DNA from: Candidatus Hydrogenedentota bacterium
GTDB lineage: Bacteria > Hydrogenedentota > Hydrogenedentia > Hydrogenedentales > SLHB01
Direction: 5' to 3'
DNA: 64,000 nt
Assembly: GCA_036769985.1 (NCBI GenBank)
Contig: DAIPKA010000011.1
Coordinates: forward strand, 44,818 to 108,817
The notes beneath the pieces were generated by a model. The model saw nothing but the letters and a program-made list of their open reading frames with translations. It was not told where the DNA came from and made no database searches. Position numbers and translations under genes: made by a program. Of the stretch, positions 26,504 through 35,332 are shown one piece after another. Every line of letters begins with the position of its first letter. Within the stretch, counting starts at the first letter, position 1.

Positions 26504-29500
26504 CTAGGGTTGCTCGTCGAGCAACTCGAACTCGATTCGATCGATCCAGACGTTCCGATCCTCGGGCGGCGCGTAGAGATCGTTCATAAACGCGACGCGC
26601 AACACGTGTTCTCCTTCCGGCAGCAGTGTCACGAAGGTTTGCACGTGCCATTGTTCGGACACGCACTCGACTTGGCCAAGCGGCTGCTCGCCCAGTGCCA
26701 CCACTACGCGCGGCCACTCGCCGCCCGCCTCCGTGCCTTTGGTCCGGATCGTGACACGATATCGCCCGGCGGTCGCGCACACGACGGGACCTTCGATGAC
26801 ACCCGTCGAGCCGAGATAAATGTGATCGGCGTCGCGCCGGCAGTTGTTGAGGTTCGGTTGAGGTTCGAGCGTTTCGGCCTCGACAACGTCCGCGGGCCGG
26901 CGAGCGCTGAACCGAGCGCCGAGGCCGTGTAAGAGCGCGCTGTAGAACCGATCCGCGCGCGTAATGTTTCGTCCTACGTTGTCGGTTATCAAACCGTTGA
27001 GCACCACGCGCCCGGCGCCCATGGGCAACTCGAGCACAGCCGGTGGCGAGGTGACCGGCTCGAAAGCGAGTCCGTCCGGCCACGGCGTGATCGCGAATCC
27101 GTCGATCTCGAGGTTACGGTCTTGGGTCTCCGAGTTCGCATCGTTCGCAAAGGCGAGGCCAAGCGCGTGCGGCCCCTTCTCGGCCTCGAAGGCGACCGAG
27201 AAAACTCCTGTTATGCGGCCGTCCACATAGATCGTGCCAAGGGGCCGTCTGTCCAGGCGGGCCTCGACCACGGGATAAACGTCGTCGAAAGGCGTTCCGG
27301 ATGCACGCACACTCAGGATGTACCGGCCCGTTCGAGGGAGGCTGACATTCCAGGTGGCCGTGCCTACGGTGGCCAACACGACCTGGTCTTCGTCGCGGCG
27401 GACATGCGTACCTTCGAGCGTGACGTCATTCTCGGCTTCGCGCCAGGCCTCGGGAGACGGTTCGATGCTTGGCGCAAAGACGTACCGAGCCATATTCAGT
27501 GCGCGCGGCGTCGGACTCCAGTGCCAACCGCTGTGTTCGCCCAACCAGTAAAGGTCTTCGCGGGCAATGGCGTTGACGAGAGCGCTCGTGCCTTCCTCGC
27601 GCGTCACCGCTCCTCGGTAACGCGTCATCGACAGCCGCCAGTTTAGGGCGTCTCGCACCGTTGCGAACACTTCAGGCCGGGGCCGATTCCATAACACAGC
27701 GCCGCCCGCGTCGACGAAGGTGCGCAAGCGGTCCGTGTCCAGTGAGCCGCCGCAATTCTCGTCGAGAATCAGCAGGCCGGTTTCCGGATAGCGCAGCTCG
27801 GTCCAATTATCAAGGGCTGCGGCATCCACGTGCAGGCTCTGCAAACGATCGGCGAGTGGCGGCGCGCCGATGCACCGCGTCCGGCCGGCCGGCGGCGCAT
27901 AGTCCGCGAGATACTGAATCATCCGCTCGAGCAGGATCTGCGCCAGCGGCTCGAAACCGAGTTTCTCAACAACCTGGAACTGGCACAGCATCCACACGCC
28001 GTCGCCGTGCGGCACCTCGACGAGCGGCGCGTGGGCAATGCCTTGAGCCGAGCCCGTCACGACCAGGGCATGGCCGGGGCCGCCGACCGGCCGTTGGTAC
28101 TCATGTACGGTCACCATGTTGTCGCCGCGCCACCAACGCAGGTCGGCATCCGACAGGCCTTCGAGCACCGGGTGCCCGGGCTCCTGGACAAACGCCATGG
28201 TTGACTGCTGCGGCGTCGCGCGGGCCGGAAGCCACGCACCCGCGGCCGGCGCCTGCCCAATCGCCAGGACACGGCCGCCGGCGCCCACCCGCTCGTAAAG
28301 CGCCGCGCCGGCCGCGTTCACCGCGCCGATGACCGGCACATCACCCGCAGCGGCCGGGGTCTCCAGGGCGCCCGGGCCAAGAATCAGTACGCCGTCGCCC
28401 GGCCACGCATCGAGGGCATCGATGCGAACGAAGGCCACGCCGGCTTTGCGCCACGCCTCTTCGAGCGCACGCCGCGGATCGTGCACGTAGAGAGTCACGC
28501 CTGGAAGCGTCCAGCCAACACGACGGGGAAAGACCTCGATGGGCCATGTCTCGGAGAACAGGGCCTCTTCGCCGGCCGCGAGCCCGATCTCGATCCGCAG
28601 CGTCGTACGCACGTCGACGGAAGGCAGTGGGATGGTCAGCGGGATCTCGCGCTGCGCCCCGGACGCAAGATCGAGCGTCTGCCGATCGCGGGACAGCGTT
28701 CCGCGCTCCGACTCAAGACTCCAGGAGAGCTGCGTCTCCGGCCAGTCGCGCAAGCTATCGTTGAACACCCACAGCGTGCGGGCAAGGCGCTCTTCGCTCA
28801 AGAACCGCGCGTCCGACTCGCGAAGGAAGGCCGCCACGGGACGGTACAGGTCGCGCTGGGCACGCCAACACGGATTGGTCTCGTCGAGATCGCCATGCTC
28901 CCTAACCGTCCAAGGAGAGATGCCGCTCACGCCATAGTGCCGGTACGCGAGGATCTGCATGCGCCAACTCTCGGCCTTGGCACGGTCATGATACGCGCGG
29001 AAGTCGGCATAGGCCTGGTCACCGAAGAAGATGGTATCCGGCGCCGGGTCGCAGGCCGGCGCCCACAGGAATTCGCCGATGTACAGTGGTTTCTCGCGAT
29101 TCCAGAAGAAGGTATCGTCGTGCCAGAACATGTTGCCACGCCACGTGGTCGACGGCTCGTCCATCCAATAGGCATCGTTCGGCCAGCAGCGGCGTTCGGG
29201 ATACTCGTTGGGATAGTGTAGTCCAATCACATCCGCCACCCCGCCCGGATCGCCATCGGACTCGAAAGTGATGGGCCGCGTCGGATCGAATTCCTTAACC
29301 AGGCGGCCGAGCTGGGCGAGGGCATCTTCGGCGGGCGAGCCGTCTTTGGCCAGACCGCCCTGAAACTCGTTCTCAAGACTCCACATAACGACAGACGCGT
29401 GGTTGCGGAGATGCCGCACCATGGCGCGCACGTGGTCGGCGTAGTTTGACCAAAAAACCGCATCGCCCAAGCGGTATACGCTATCGTCGTTCCAGATGGC

Positions 29501-30655
29501 CGCCTCCGGGATCATCATTACGCCGAGTTCGTCGGCAACCTCATACCAGAGGCGGTGCCACGGCTGCGTGTGTGTCCGAAAACAGAAGGCGTTCATCGCC
29601 TTGATGCCGCGTAGCCGGGCCTCCACCTCGTCTCGACGCGGCGGCGTCGACGGCGGCCACCACGACGAGGCCAAGAGATGAACCCTGCGTCCATTGAAGA
29701 CAAAGTCGCCACCCTCGCACCATAATTCGCGAAACCCGACGCGTTCGCGGAGCACATCGGCGCCATCGTTCAATCGCACTTCGAGAATGTACAGCTTGGG
29801 GTCGTGCGGCCACCACAGATCGACCTGGGGCTCGGACAGTGTGAGTGTGACGCGGCTGTTCATTCCGGCCGCAACGGTACCGACCGGAACCGACGCAACG
29901 CCCACCGGCTCCCCCGTTACCGCCCACACGCCCGAGGACTCGCGCGGCGATCCATCGTAGGCATAGACTCGCGCCTGGACGTCGGCTGCGAGCGCGTCGG
30001 TAGAGTCGTTGACGACCGCGACGTCTATCTCGGCGCGATTCCCGCGTATCGATGGGCGGAAGGAGAGGTCGTCGAGATGGGCCGCCGGCATGGCCTCGAG
30101 TTCGACGGAATCCCAAATGCCGTAGAGGTCCACGTAGCCGCCGATGGGCGCGAGAACGCGATCGCGCGGTAGGGCGCGCAGTTCGCTACGATTGGTGGCC
30201 GCGCGGACATCGATCCGCTCGCCCTCGTCGAACACGCCCGTCCAATCGTGGACGCCCACCGACAGCTCGTTGGTTTCGCCTGGCCGAATCGCCGCCGTCG
30301 CGTCCACCTCGAAGGCGTCGTAGCCGTTGAAGCACTCGCCGACGCGATCTCCGTTTACCATGACGCGACTCGCGTACTTGACGCCGCCGAAGCGGACCAC
30401 CACGCGTCGGCCCGCCCAGTCCGCAGGCACTTCGAACGCGCGTCGGAACCAGGCACGCTCGTAGTCATGGCCTCGAAGCGTGCCGGGCACCTCGAACTCA
30501 ACCCAGCCGTCCGTAGGCGGCGGAACGTCCAGCGACTCGACCTTGACCATGCGCCACGCGCCATCGAGCGACACCACGGCTCGCGGAGTCGCGGCGGCCA
30601 TTGGCACGAGGAGTAAGGAAAGAATCATGGCGGTCAATGCGATCTTGGCCTGCAT
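26504..30655 (-). CDS. secreted glycoside hydrolase family 2 protein (beta-galactosidase/mannosidase-like) with ~500-aa C-terminal accessory domains
   Basis: It is 1383 aa. There is a signal peptide (MQAKIALTAMILSLLLVPMAAA). The N-terminus has a GH2 sugar-binding fold. The catalytic acid/base region is VVMWSLENEF. A long C-terminal extension looks beta-rich. Confidence 0.75.
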   Translation of the reverse strand: MQAKIALTAMILSLLLVPMAAATPRAVVSLDGAWRMVKVESLDVPPPTDGWVEFEVPGTLRGHDYERAWFRRAFEVPADWAGRRVVVRFGGVKYASRVMVNGDRVGECFNGYDAFEVDATAAIRPGETNELSVGVHDWTGVFDEGERIDVRAATNRSELRALPRDRVLAPIGGYVDLYGIWDSVELEAMPAAHLDDLSFRPSIRGNRAEIDVAVVNDSTDALAADVQARVYAYDGSPRESSGVWAVTGEPVGVASVPVGTVAAGMNSRVTLTLSEPQVDLWWPHDPKLYILEVRLNDGADVLRERVGFRELWCEGGDFVFNGRRVHLLASSWWPPSTPPRRDEVEARLRGIKAMNAFCFRTHTQPWHRLWYEVADELGVMMIPEAAIWNDDSVYRLGDAVFWSNYADHVRAMVRHLRNHASVVMWSLENEFQGGLAKDGSPAEDALAQLGRLVKEFDPTRPITFESDGDPGGVADVIGLHYPNEYPERRCWPNDAYWMDEPSTTWRGNMFWHDDTFFWNREKPLYIGEFLWAPACDPAPDTIFFGDQAYADFRAYHDRAKAESWRMQILAYRHYGVSGISPWTVREHGDLDETNPCWRAQRDLYRPVAAFLRESDARFLSEERLARTLWVFNDSLRDWPETQLSWSLESERGTLSRDRQTLDLASGAQREIPLTIPLPSVDVRTTLRIEIGLAAGEEALFSETWPIEVFPRRVGWTLPGVTLYVHDPRRALEEAWRKAGVAFVRIDALDAWPGDGVLILGPGALETPAAAGDVPVIGAVNAAGAALYERVGAGGRVLAIGQAPAAGAWLPARATPQQSTMAFVQEPGHPVLEGLSDADLRWWRGDNMVTVHEYQRPVGGPGHALVVTGSAQGIAHAPLVEVPHGDGVWMLCQFQVVEKLGFEPLAQILLERMIQYLADYAPPAGRTRCIGAPPLADRLQSLHVDAAALDNWTELRYPETGLLILDENCGGSLDTDRLRTFVDAGGAVLWNRPRPEVFATVRDALNWRLSMTRYRGAVTREEGTSALVNAIAREDLYWLGEHSGWHWSPTPRALNMARYVFAPSIEPSPEAWREAENDVTLEGTHVRRDEDQVVLATVGTATWNVSLPRTGRYILSVRASGTPFDDVYPVVEARLDRRPLGTIYVDGRITGVFSVAFEAEKGPHALGLAFANDANSETQDRNLEIDGFAITPWPDGLAFEPVTSPPAVLELPMGAGRVVLNGLITDNVGRNITRADRFYSALLHGLGARFSARRPADVVEAETLEPQPNLNNCRRDADHIYLGSTGVIEGPVVCATAGRYRVTIRTKGTEAGGEWPRVVVALGEQPLGQVECVSEQWHVQTFVTLLPEGEHVLRVAFMNDLYAPPEDRNVWIDRIEFELLDEQP

Positions 30656-30870
30656 GCGATGTCCTCCCGTTGCCTTCGTGTATGATACTCAACCGTCGGA
30701 AGGCGTGGCTGGTAGTATGCCAGAATGCCTTACCGCGCGGGCGGCTGAAATGAGCATTTGACGAAATGTCCGTGTGCTGGCAGAATGCGCTTCATCGGTT
30801 CTGAGTCGGAGTGATGGTGTGGATAGGCCGCTCGCCTATCGGAAGAGGGAGGCCAGGGGAGGAACCAAGA

Positions 30871-31635
30871 ATGCGAAACACAAAACGAATCGTTCTGCTG
30901 ACGGTGTTGTGCGTGGGAATCGCGGTCACCGCGGCTGTGGGGCAACCGCTATATGCTGTGGACAGCAGCAACATCGGCATGCTGCGCCTCATGGATGCAG
31001 GGAGTGGCTCGGACATTATGATCATCGGCCCGACCATGGTACCGCATGCCGTTGGTATGGCGATGGATCCAACGACCGGCATCATGTACCTCGCCAACGC
31101 AGTCACTCTATTCACGGTGAATCTGGCCACTGGTATGTCAACGCTGGTGGGGTCATTTCCGCCGCGCAACATGATGCTCGACCTCACCTGCGATTCCGCC
31201 GGCAACTTGTACGGCATAACGGACGCCCTCTCGGACAATTGGCTCGTCCAGATCGACAAGGCCACCGGCGCCACAACGGACCTCGCGGACCTCGACGGCG
31301 AAGACAACGGACTGGCCTACAATCCTCTTGATCCGACCTACCTCTACCACTTCTACGGTGGGAATGCCTTCGAGAAGATCCAGATAGGCACGTGGGCCAG
31401 AACCCCGCTGACGGTTGTTGGCACGGCCACCGGCCCCAAAGGTCTCGTGTACAACCGTTACGCAAACGCATGTTGTTTCTTCGATAGCCTAGGCAATTTC
31501 CAGCTGCTCTCTCTCGCCGAGCCCTTGGTATTAGTCATCGGTACCGGAGCCGACGACTCGGCGAATACCTTTGGGCTGGCCTTTGACCAGGCCACGACGC
31601 TGCCCGTCGAGTTGAGCGCGTTCAGTATCGAGTGA
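30871..31635 (+). CDS. secreted beta-propeller-like hypothetical protein
   Basis: There is a GGAGG RBS and a signal peptide (MRNTKRIVLLTVLCVGIAVTAAVG). Repeated Gly/Thr-rich beta-strand segments follow (LYAVD..., MYLAN..., LYGITD..., LAYNPLD...). No family was assigned. The ORF-track GTG start at 30811 is rejected in favour of the ATG at 30871. Confidence 0.45.
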   Translation: MRNTKRIVLLTVLCVGIAVTAAVGQPLYAVDSSNIGMLRLMDAGSGSDIMIIGPTMVPHAVGMAMDPTTGIMYLANAVTLFTVNLATGMSTLVGSFPPRNMMLDLTCDSAGNLYGITDALSDNWLVQIDKATGATTDLADLDGEDNGLAYNPLDPTYLYHFYGGNAFEKIQIGTWARTPLTVVGTATGPKGLVYNRYANACCFFDSLGNFQLLSLAEPLVLVIGTGADDSANTFGLAFDQATTLPVELSAFSIE

Positions 31636-32291
31636 TGTGCACAACGCGGCGTTTCTCCGGGGCACGATGAGAAGCCGGAAGCCAATCCCTGAGCGCTCGC
31701 CGGTGAGGATGACGGCCTTGTCGAAACGATTTGAAGAAGGCCCTCGTGAGGAACACGGAAGCCATGTGGACTGCGGTAGCTTGCTACCGCTCTTCTTCGG
31801 GGCAGCTTGCTTTCCCGCTGACACCGGGCACCGGACGGTTTGACCGCGCTTCACGCTCCACTGGCAGCCGAAGCGCGAGCCAGCCTGCGCACTCCACATA
31901 GCGGCTCGCACAGAGATGGTTGTCGTCGGTCCGTTCTCGTCGCGCCGCTGGGCACGGTTTGCGGCACAGCAGCAAGCATGCCAAGAGGCCGTTCGAGCGA
32001 ACGTATCGATAGGCCAAACGCCGACAGGCCGGATAGGAGGACCGCTCCATGGAAGAACGCCTACTGGCCCTGTGACCTCCAGTTGTGGCCAAGGGATCTG
32101 AGGCACGTCCATCCAATTGTTTCGGCGGCATGACGAGCGGTCTGAAAGGAAGCGGCGCGATCCCCGGCCCTGGGAAGCCCTTCTCATGGGCACCGTAGCG
32201 ATGGCGCTCCTGGCAGCGAGCAGAATGAATAGACCGATCCCTCGCTTCCGCGTTTCATAGAGGGCGCCTTGTATCATATCCGTCGTCCGCG

Positions 32292-33584
32292 TTATCTCGC
32301 GTCCAGCGCGAAGAATTCGAGGGCGTTCTCGCGCAAGATTCGGCGGGCCACCCAGGACGCTTCCTCCTCCGTCAAGTATCCGGCCTCGACCTTTTGCGCG
32401 AGGACGTGTACCGTGCTGCGCCGCGCGATCTTGCCGTGACCGTAAGCGCCCTCGACGTAGTTAGAGTCGCCACCGAAACCGAGGATCTTGTTGAGCGGAA
32501 TCGTCTCGAGCCACTGATCAAGCGTCTGTTCCGCAACCGTGGGCGAGATGGCGTGAATCCAGCACAGGTCGGCGCACACGTTCGGGAAGTTCTTCGCGAG
32601 GGCGGTCACCTCGCCCACGTAGGGATATCCCGCATGGAACACGTCGAACCGCGTGTCGCCGAATTCCATGAACAGGTTCGTCAAGAGCGTCGGTTTCGAG
32701 TTCTCGAGGTAGTTGCCGTTTCCTTCCTGGAGTCCCGTGTGGATTTGGATTGGTAAGCCGCGGTCGGTGGCAAGGCCGATGAGGTGGCGTATCACGAAGT
32801 CCTGCAGCGGTTTCATATCTTCGAACCGGAGATCCTGCACCTGAGACAACCAGATGCGATCGAAACAGCGCGCGGCGGTAGCTCGGGCCGCAGCCTCGAA
32901 GCGGAGTGTTCGCCGATACGCCAGAAAGATCTTGACGGCGGCGATGCCTTGCTCGACGAACGCATCAAGTTGGGTTTCAAGTGCTGCCAGCAATTGGTCG
33001 AGGGTCTGGATCGCGCAGTCGGACTCGGCCTCGAGCGCCTCGAGTTCGGCACGCGTTGACGCCATGGCGTAGTGATCGAGGATGGGCACCGCGCGAAACA
33101 GATCGCGATCCACGACGACGGATTGGCCCGGCCACGTGATGGTAAGCGCGGTGTCGATGTTCGCCTTGTCCTTGAGGACATGGCGGTACCAGCCGGGCTG
33201 GTGCGCCTCGCGAATGCGCGCGGAGATCTCGCGATAGGTGTGTTCGTTGACGTCGTCGATGCCGAAGAGGTCGTGCATGTATTCGAGCATGGCGCGGCCG
33301 TAGCCTGTCGTGCGCGCATACGGCCAGTACGGTGCCATGAGCGCCCAACGCTCGTCGAGCGATAGGCCGTTCGTCCTATTGCGCATCCGCTCGAGGGATT
33401 CTCGCGACATGCCGGCCGACACGAGATCCGATGACACGTAGTGTTCGAAGAAATCGAAGAAACTCGACTCGCGGCCGCAGACCGTTTCCTCGGGCGGAAT
33501 GTGCTCGTGCGTGTCGACCATGGCAATCGTGTCGACAACCCTCTGTAGCCGTTCATGCAAATCCTTGGATGACTTGGTCATGGT
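32292..33584 (-). CDS. amidohydrolase_2 family TIM-barrel metal-dependent hydrolase
   Basis: VDTHEHIPP (HxH metal ligands), IQIHTG, FHAGYPY and GGDSNY are typical of the PF04909-type family (ACMSD/LigI-like). The start was chosen at MTKSSKDLHERL (33584). The ORF track extends to 33635, overlapping the upstream gene. Confidence 0.65.
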   Translation of the reverse strand, partial: TMTKSSKDLHERLQRVVDTIAMVDTHEHIPPEETVCGRESSFFDFFEHYVSSDLVSAGMSRESLERMRNRTNGLSLDERWALMAPYWPYARTTGYGRAMLEYMHDLFGIDDVNEHTYREISARIREAHQPGWYRHVLKDKANIDTALTITWPGQSVVVDRDLFRAVPILDHYAMASTRAELEALEAESDCAIQTLDQLLAALETQLDAFVEQGIAAVKIFLAYRRTLRFEAAARATAARCFDRIWLSQVQDLRFEDMKPLQDFVIRHLIGLATDRGLPIQIHTGLQEGNGNYLENSKPTLLTNLFMEFGDTRFDVFHAGYPYVGEVTALAKNFPNVCADLCWIHAISPTVAEQTLDQWLETIPLNKILGFGGDSNYVEGAYGHGKIARRSTVHVLAQKVEAGYLTEEEASWVARRILRENALEFFALDAR

Positions 33585-34375
33585 TGGACTCCGTCCAGGC
33601 GTTCGCCGAGCAGCGGCGGCGACGCGCTGTAGCACTCCTCGAGATCGATCATGTGGCAGCCGGCGCGCCGGCCTTGGTAGACGCCCTTCACCTGGTAGGC
33701 GACGGGATCCATCGTGATGATGGCCACGGCTACGCCGGTGCCTACCGAGAGGCCGGCGCGATAGGCGTCGAGCATCGGTCCGCGCGCCAGCAAGCGGCTC
33801 GGCCCGGCGGCAACACAGGCCATGACGGCCACGGCGCGCGGGAAACCATCCGCGTCGCGGAAGGCGATGGCGCGCACGGCTCTAAGGCGCCTGAACTTCT
33901 CGAGCACGCGCGGCGGCATGATCGGCGATGCCGAGCGTCCAAACGCCCGTGCCGCGCATCGTGCGCATGCGTAGCCGGCGAGGAGCGCTGTTGGCGATAG
34001 CGTCGATTTCTTGGAGATTTCCTCGATCGCGATCGTTCCGGCGCTGCGTACGCTGGTATAGGCGTTGTACCGGAACAGGGGCTGTTGGTTGATCCAATCG
34101 ATGTGCGGCCCGGTGGTCTCGAAACCTCTAAAGGTTCCCTTAAGGCTCCATGCATCAAGACGGTCATTAAGCACCACGACGCCGACGTTCTCGTTGACGG
34201 CGAGGTTCTTGCGGCTCTTGTTCATGAAGAACTCGCCGAACACCAGCGTGGTATCGTCCCACGGGGCAATACTGATCACCGGAACGCAGTTGGGACGCCC
34301 TTCGCCATCGAGCGTAGCGAGGAACTTTGGCGTCATCTCGCCAGCCAGAACGTCTCTGAGATCAGGCGTTAGCAT
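33578..34375 (-). CDS. PNPOx-like (pyridoxamine 5'-phosphate oxidase-related, FMN-binding split barrel) family protein, possibly two tandem domains
   Basis: It is 265 aa. The N-terminal part (LATLDGEGRPNCVPVISIAPWDDTTLVFGEFFMNKSRKNLAVNENVGVVVLN) resembles general-stress-protein-26/PNPOx split barrels. The assignment is by pattern only. Confidence 0.4.
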   Translation of the reverse strand: MLTPDLRDVLAGEMTPKFLATLDGEGRPNCVPVISIAPWDDTTLVFGEFFMNKSRKNLAVNENVGVVVLNDRLDAWSLKGTFRGFETTGPHIDWINQQPLFRYNAYTSVRSAGTIAIEEISKKSTLSPTALLAGYACARCAARAFGRSASPIMPPRVLEKFRRLRAVRAIAFRDADGFPRAVAVMACVAAGPSRLLARGPMLDAYRAGLSVGTGVAVAIITMDPVAYQVKGVYQGRRAGCHMIDLEECYSASPPLLGERLDGVQP

Positions 34376-34381
34376 TCCGCG

Positions 34382-35332
34382 TCAGCTCTCCGGATCCGCA
34401 ACGCGTGTGGGGCCGCTCCAGCGCGCGTGCGGCGAGCCCGCGTCGCGCGCGACGCGACACAGGCGCTCCATGTCGTTGGCATCAAGCAGCGGCGTGTCCG
34501 CCAAGGCGAAAGGCCTGTCCAGTTGCGCGTACTTCGCCGTGCACAGATTCGAGAACGCCAGGAGATCGTGCCGCGTGCAGTGGCGGAACGTCTCGGCGAC
34601 GAATCGCGCGACGCGGCGTACGGACTCCTCATCGGCCGTGTAGCCTGGTATGATCGGTGTGCGCACCCAGACCTCGACGCCGGATTCATCCATGGTTCGC
34701 GCGGCGTCGCGCACGCGGTCGAAGGCCACGCCGGTGAAGGCGCGATGTCGTTCCGGATCCACCGTCTTGATATCGATGAGCACGAGGTCGGTCCATTGCA
34801 GCGCCGCTTTCAACGTATTCTCCGTGGCCACGCCGCAGGTGTCGAGGGCCGTATGAACGCCGCGTTCGCGTAGCGCCCGCAGCACGGCCGTAGCGGCCTT
34901 CGGCTGGAGTAGCGGCTCGCCGCCCGACAACGTTACGCCGCCACCGGACTTGGCGTAGAACGCCGCGTCCTTGAGTAACGTCTCGACGAGATCGTCCACG
35001 CCCATCCGGTGGCCGTGGATTTCGAGGGCGGCGGACGGACAGAAATCGACGCATGTGCCGCAACCTCGGCACCGGCTCCGGTCGATCGCGATTCCACTCG
35101 GTTCGGCGCGCAACGCCCCCTCCGGGCACACGTCGACGCAGCCGCGATCGCCCAGGCACCGGCCGGCATGCCAGACGACCTCAGGCTCGGGCCGGATGGA
35201 TTCCGGATTGTGGCACCAGGGGCATCGCATAGGACACGCCTTGAAGAACACCGTCGTGCGAATGCCCGGCCCGTCCTCGGTCGAAAACCGCTGGATGTTG
35301 AAGAGGGTCGCTTCGATGGACGTGGCCGTCAC
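34382..35332 (-). CDS. glycyl-radical enzyme activating enzyme (radical SAM, with two auxiliary 4Fe-4S ferredoxin-like motifs)
   Basis: FNIQRFSTEDGPGIRTTVFFKACPMRCPWCHN is a CxxxCxxC radical-SAM motif of the PflA type. Two Cx2Cx2Cx3CP motifs (CLGDRGCVDVCP and CRGCGTCVDFCP) follow, as in activases of non-PFL GREs. The GTG start at 35332 overlaps the GRE stop (GTGA). Confidence 0.85.
   Translation of the reverse strand: MTATSIEATLFNIQRFSTEDGPGIRTTVFFKACPMRCPWCHNPESIRPEPEVVWHAGRCLGDRGCVDVCPEGALRAEPSGIAIDRSRCRGCGTCVDFCPSAALEIHGHRMGVDDLVETLLKDAAFYAKSGGGVTLSGGEPLLQPKAATAVLRALRERGVHTALDTCGVATENTLKAALQWTDLVLIDIKTVDPERHRAFTGVAFDRVRDAARTMDESGVEVWVRTPIIPGYTADEESVRRVARFVAETFRHCTRHDLLAFSNLCTAKYAQLDRPFALADTPLLDANDMERLCRVARDAGSPHARWSGPTRVADPES

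Noticed and set aside
31531-32277. A 248-aa minus-strand ORF spanning the 650-bp gap
   Set aside because: It overlaps the 3' end of the upstream plus-strand gene. Its composition is Arg-, Pro- and Ser-rich with low complexity. It was treated as non-coding and reported as a possible ncRNA region instead.
31636-32291. RNase P RNA, tmRNA or SRP RNA in the non-coding gap
   Set aside because: I could not find the conserved GGAAAGTCCGGGC/P4 motifs of RNase P, the GGTTCGATTCC-CCA end of tmRNA, or a domain IV SRP motif. It remains unassigned.
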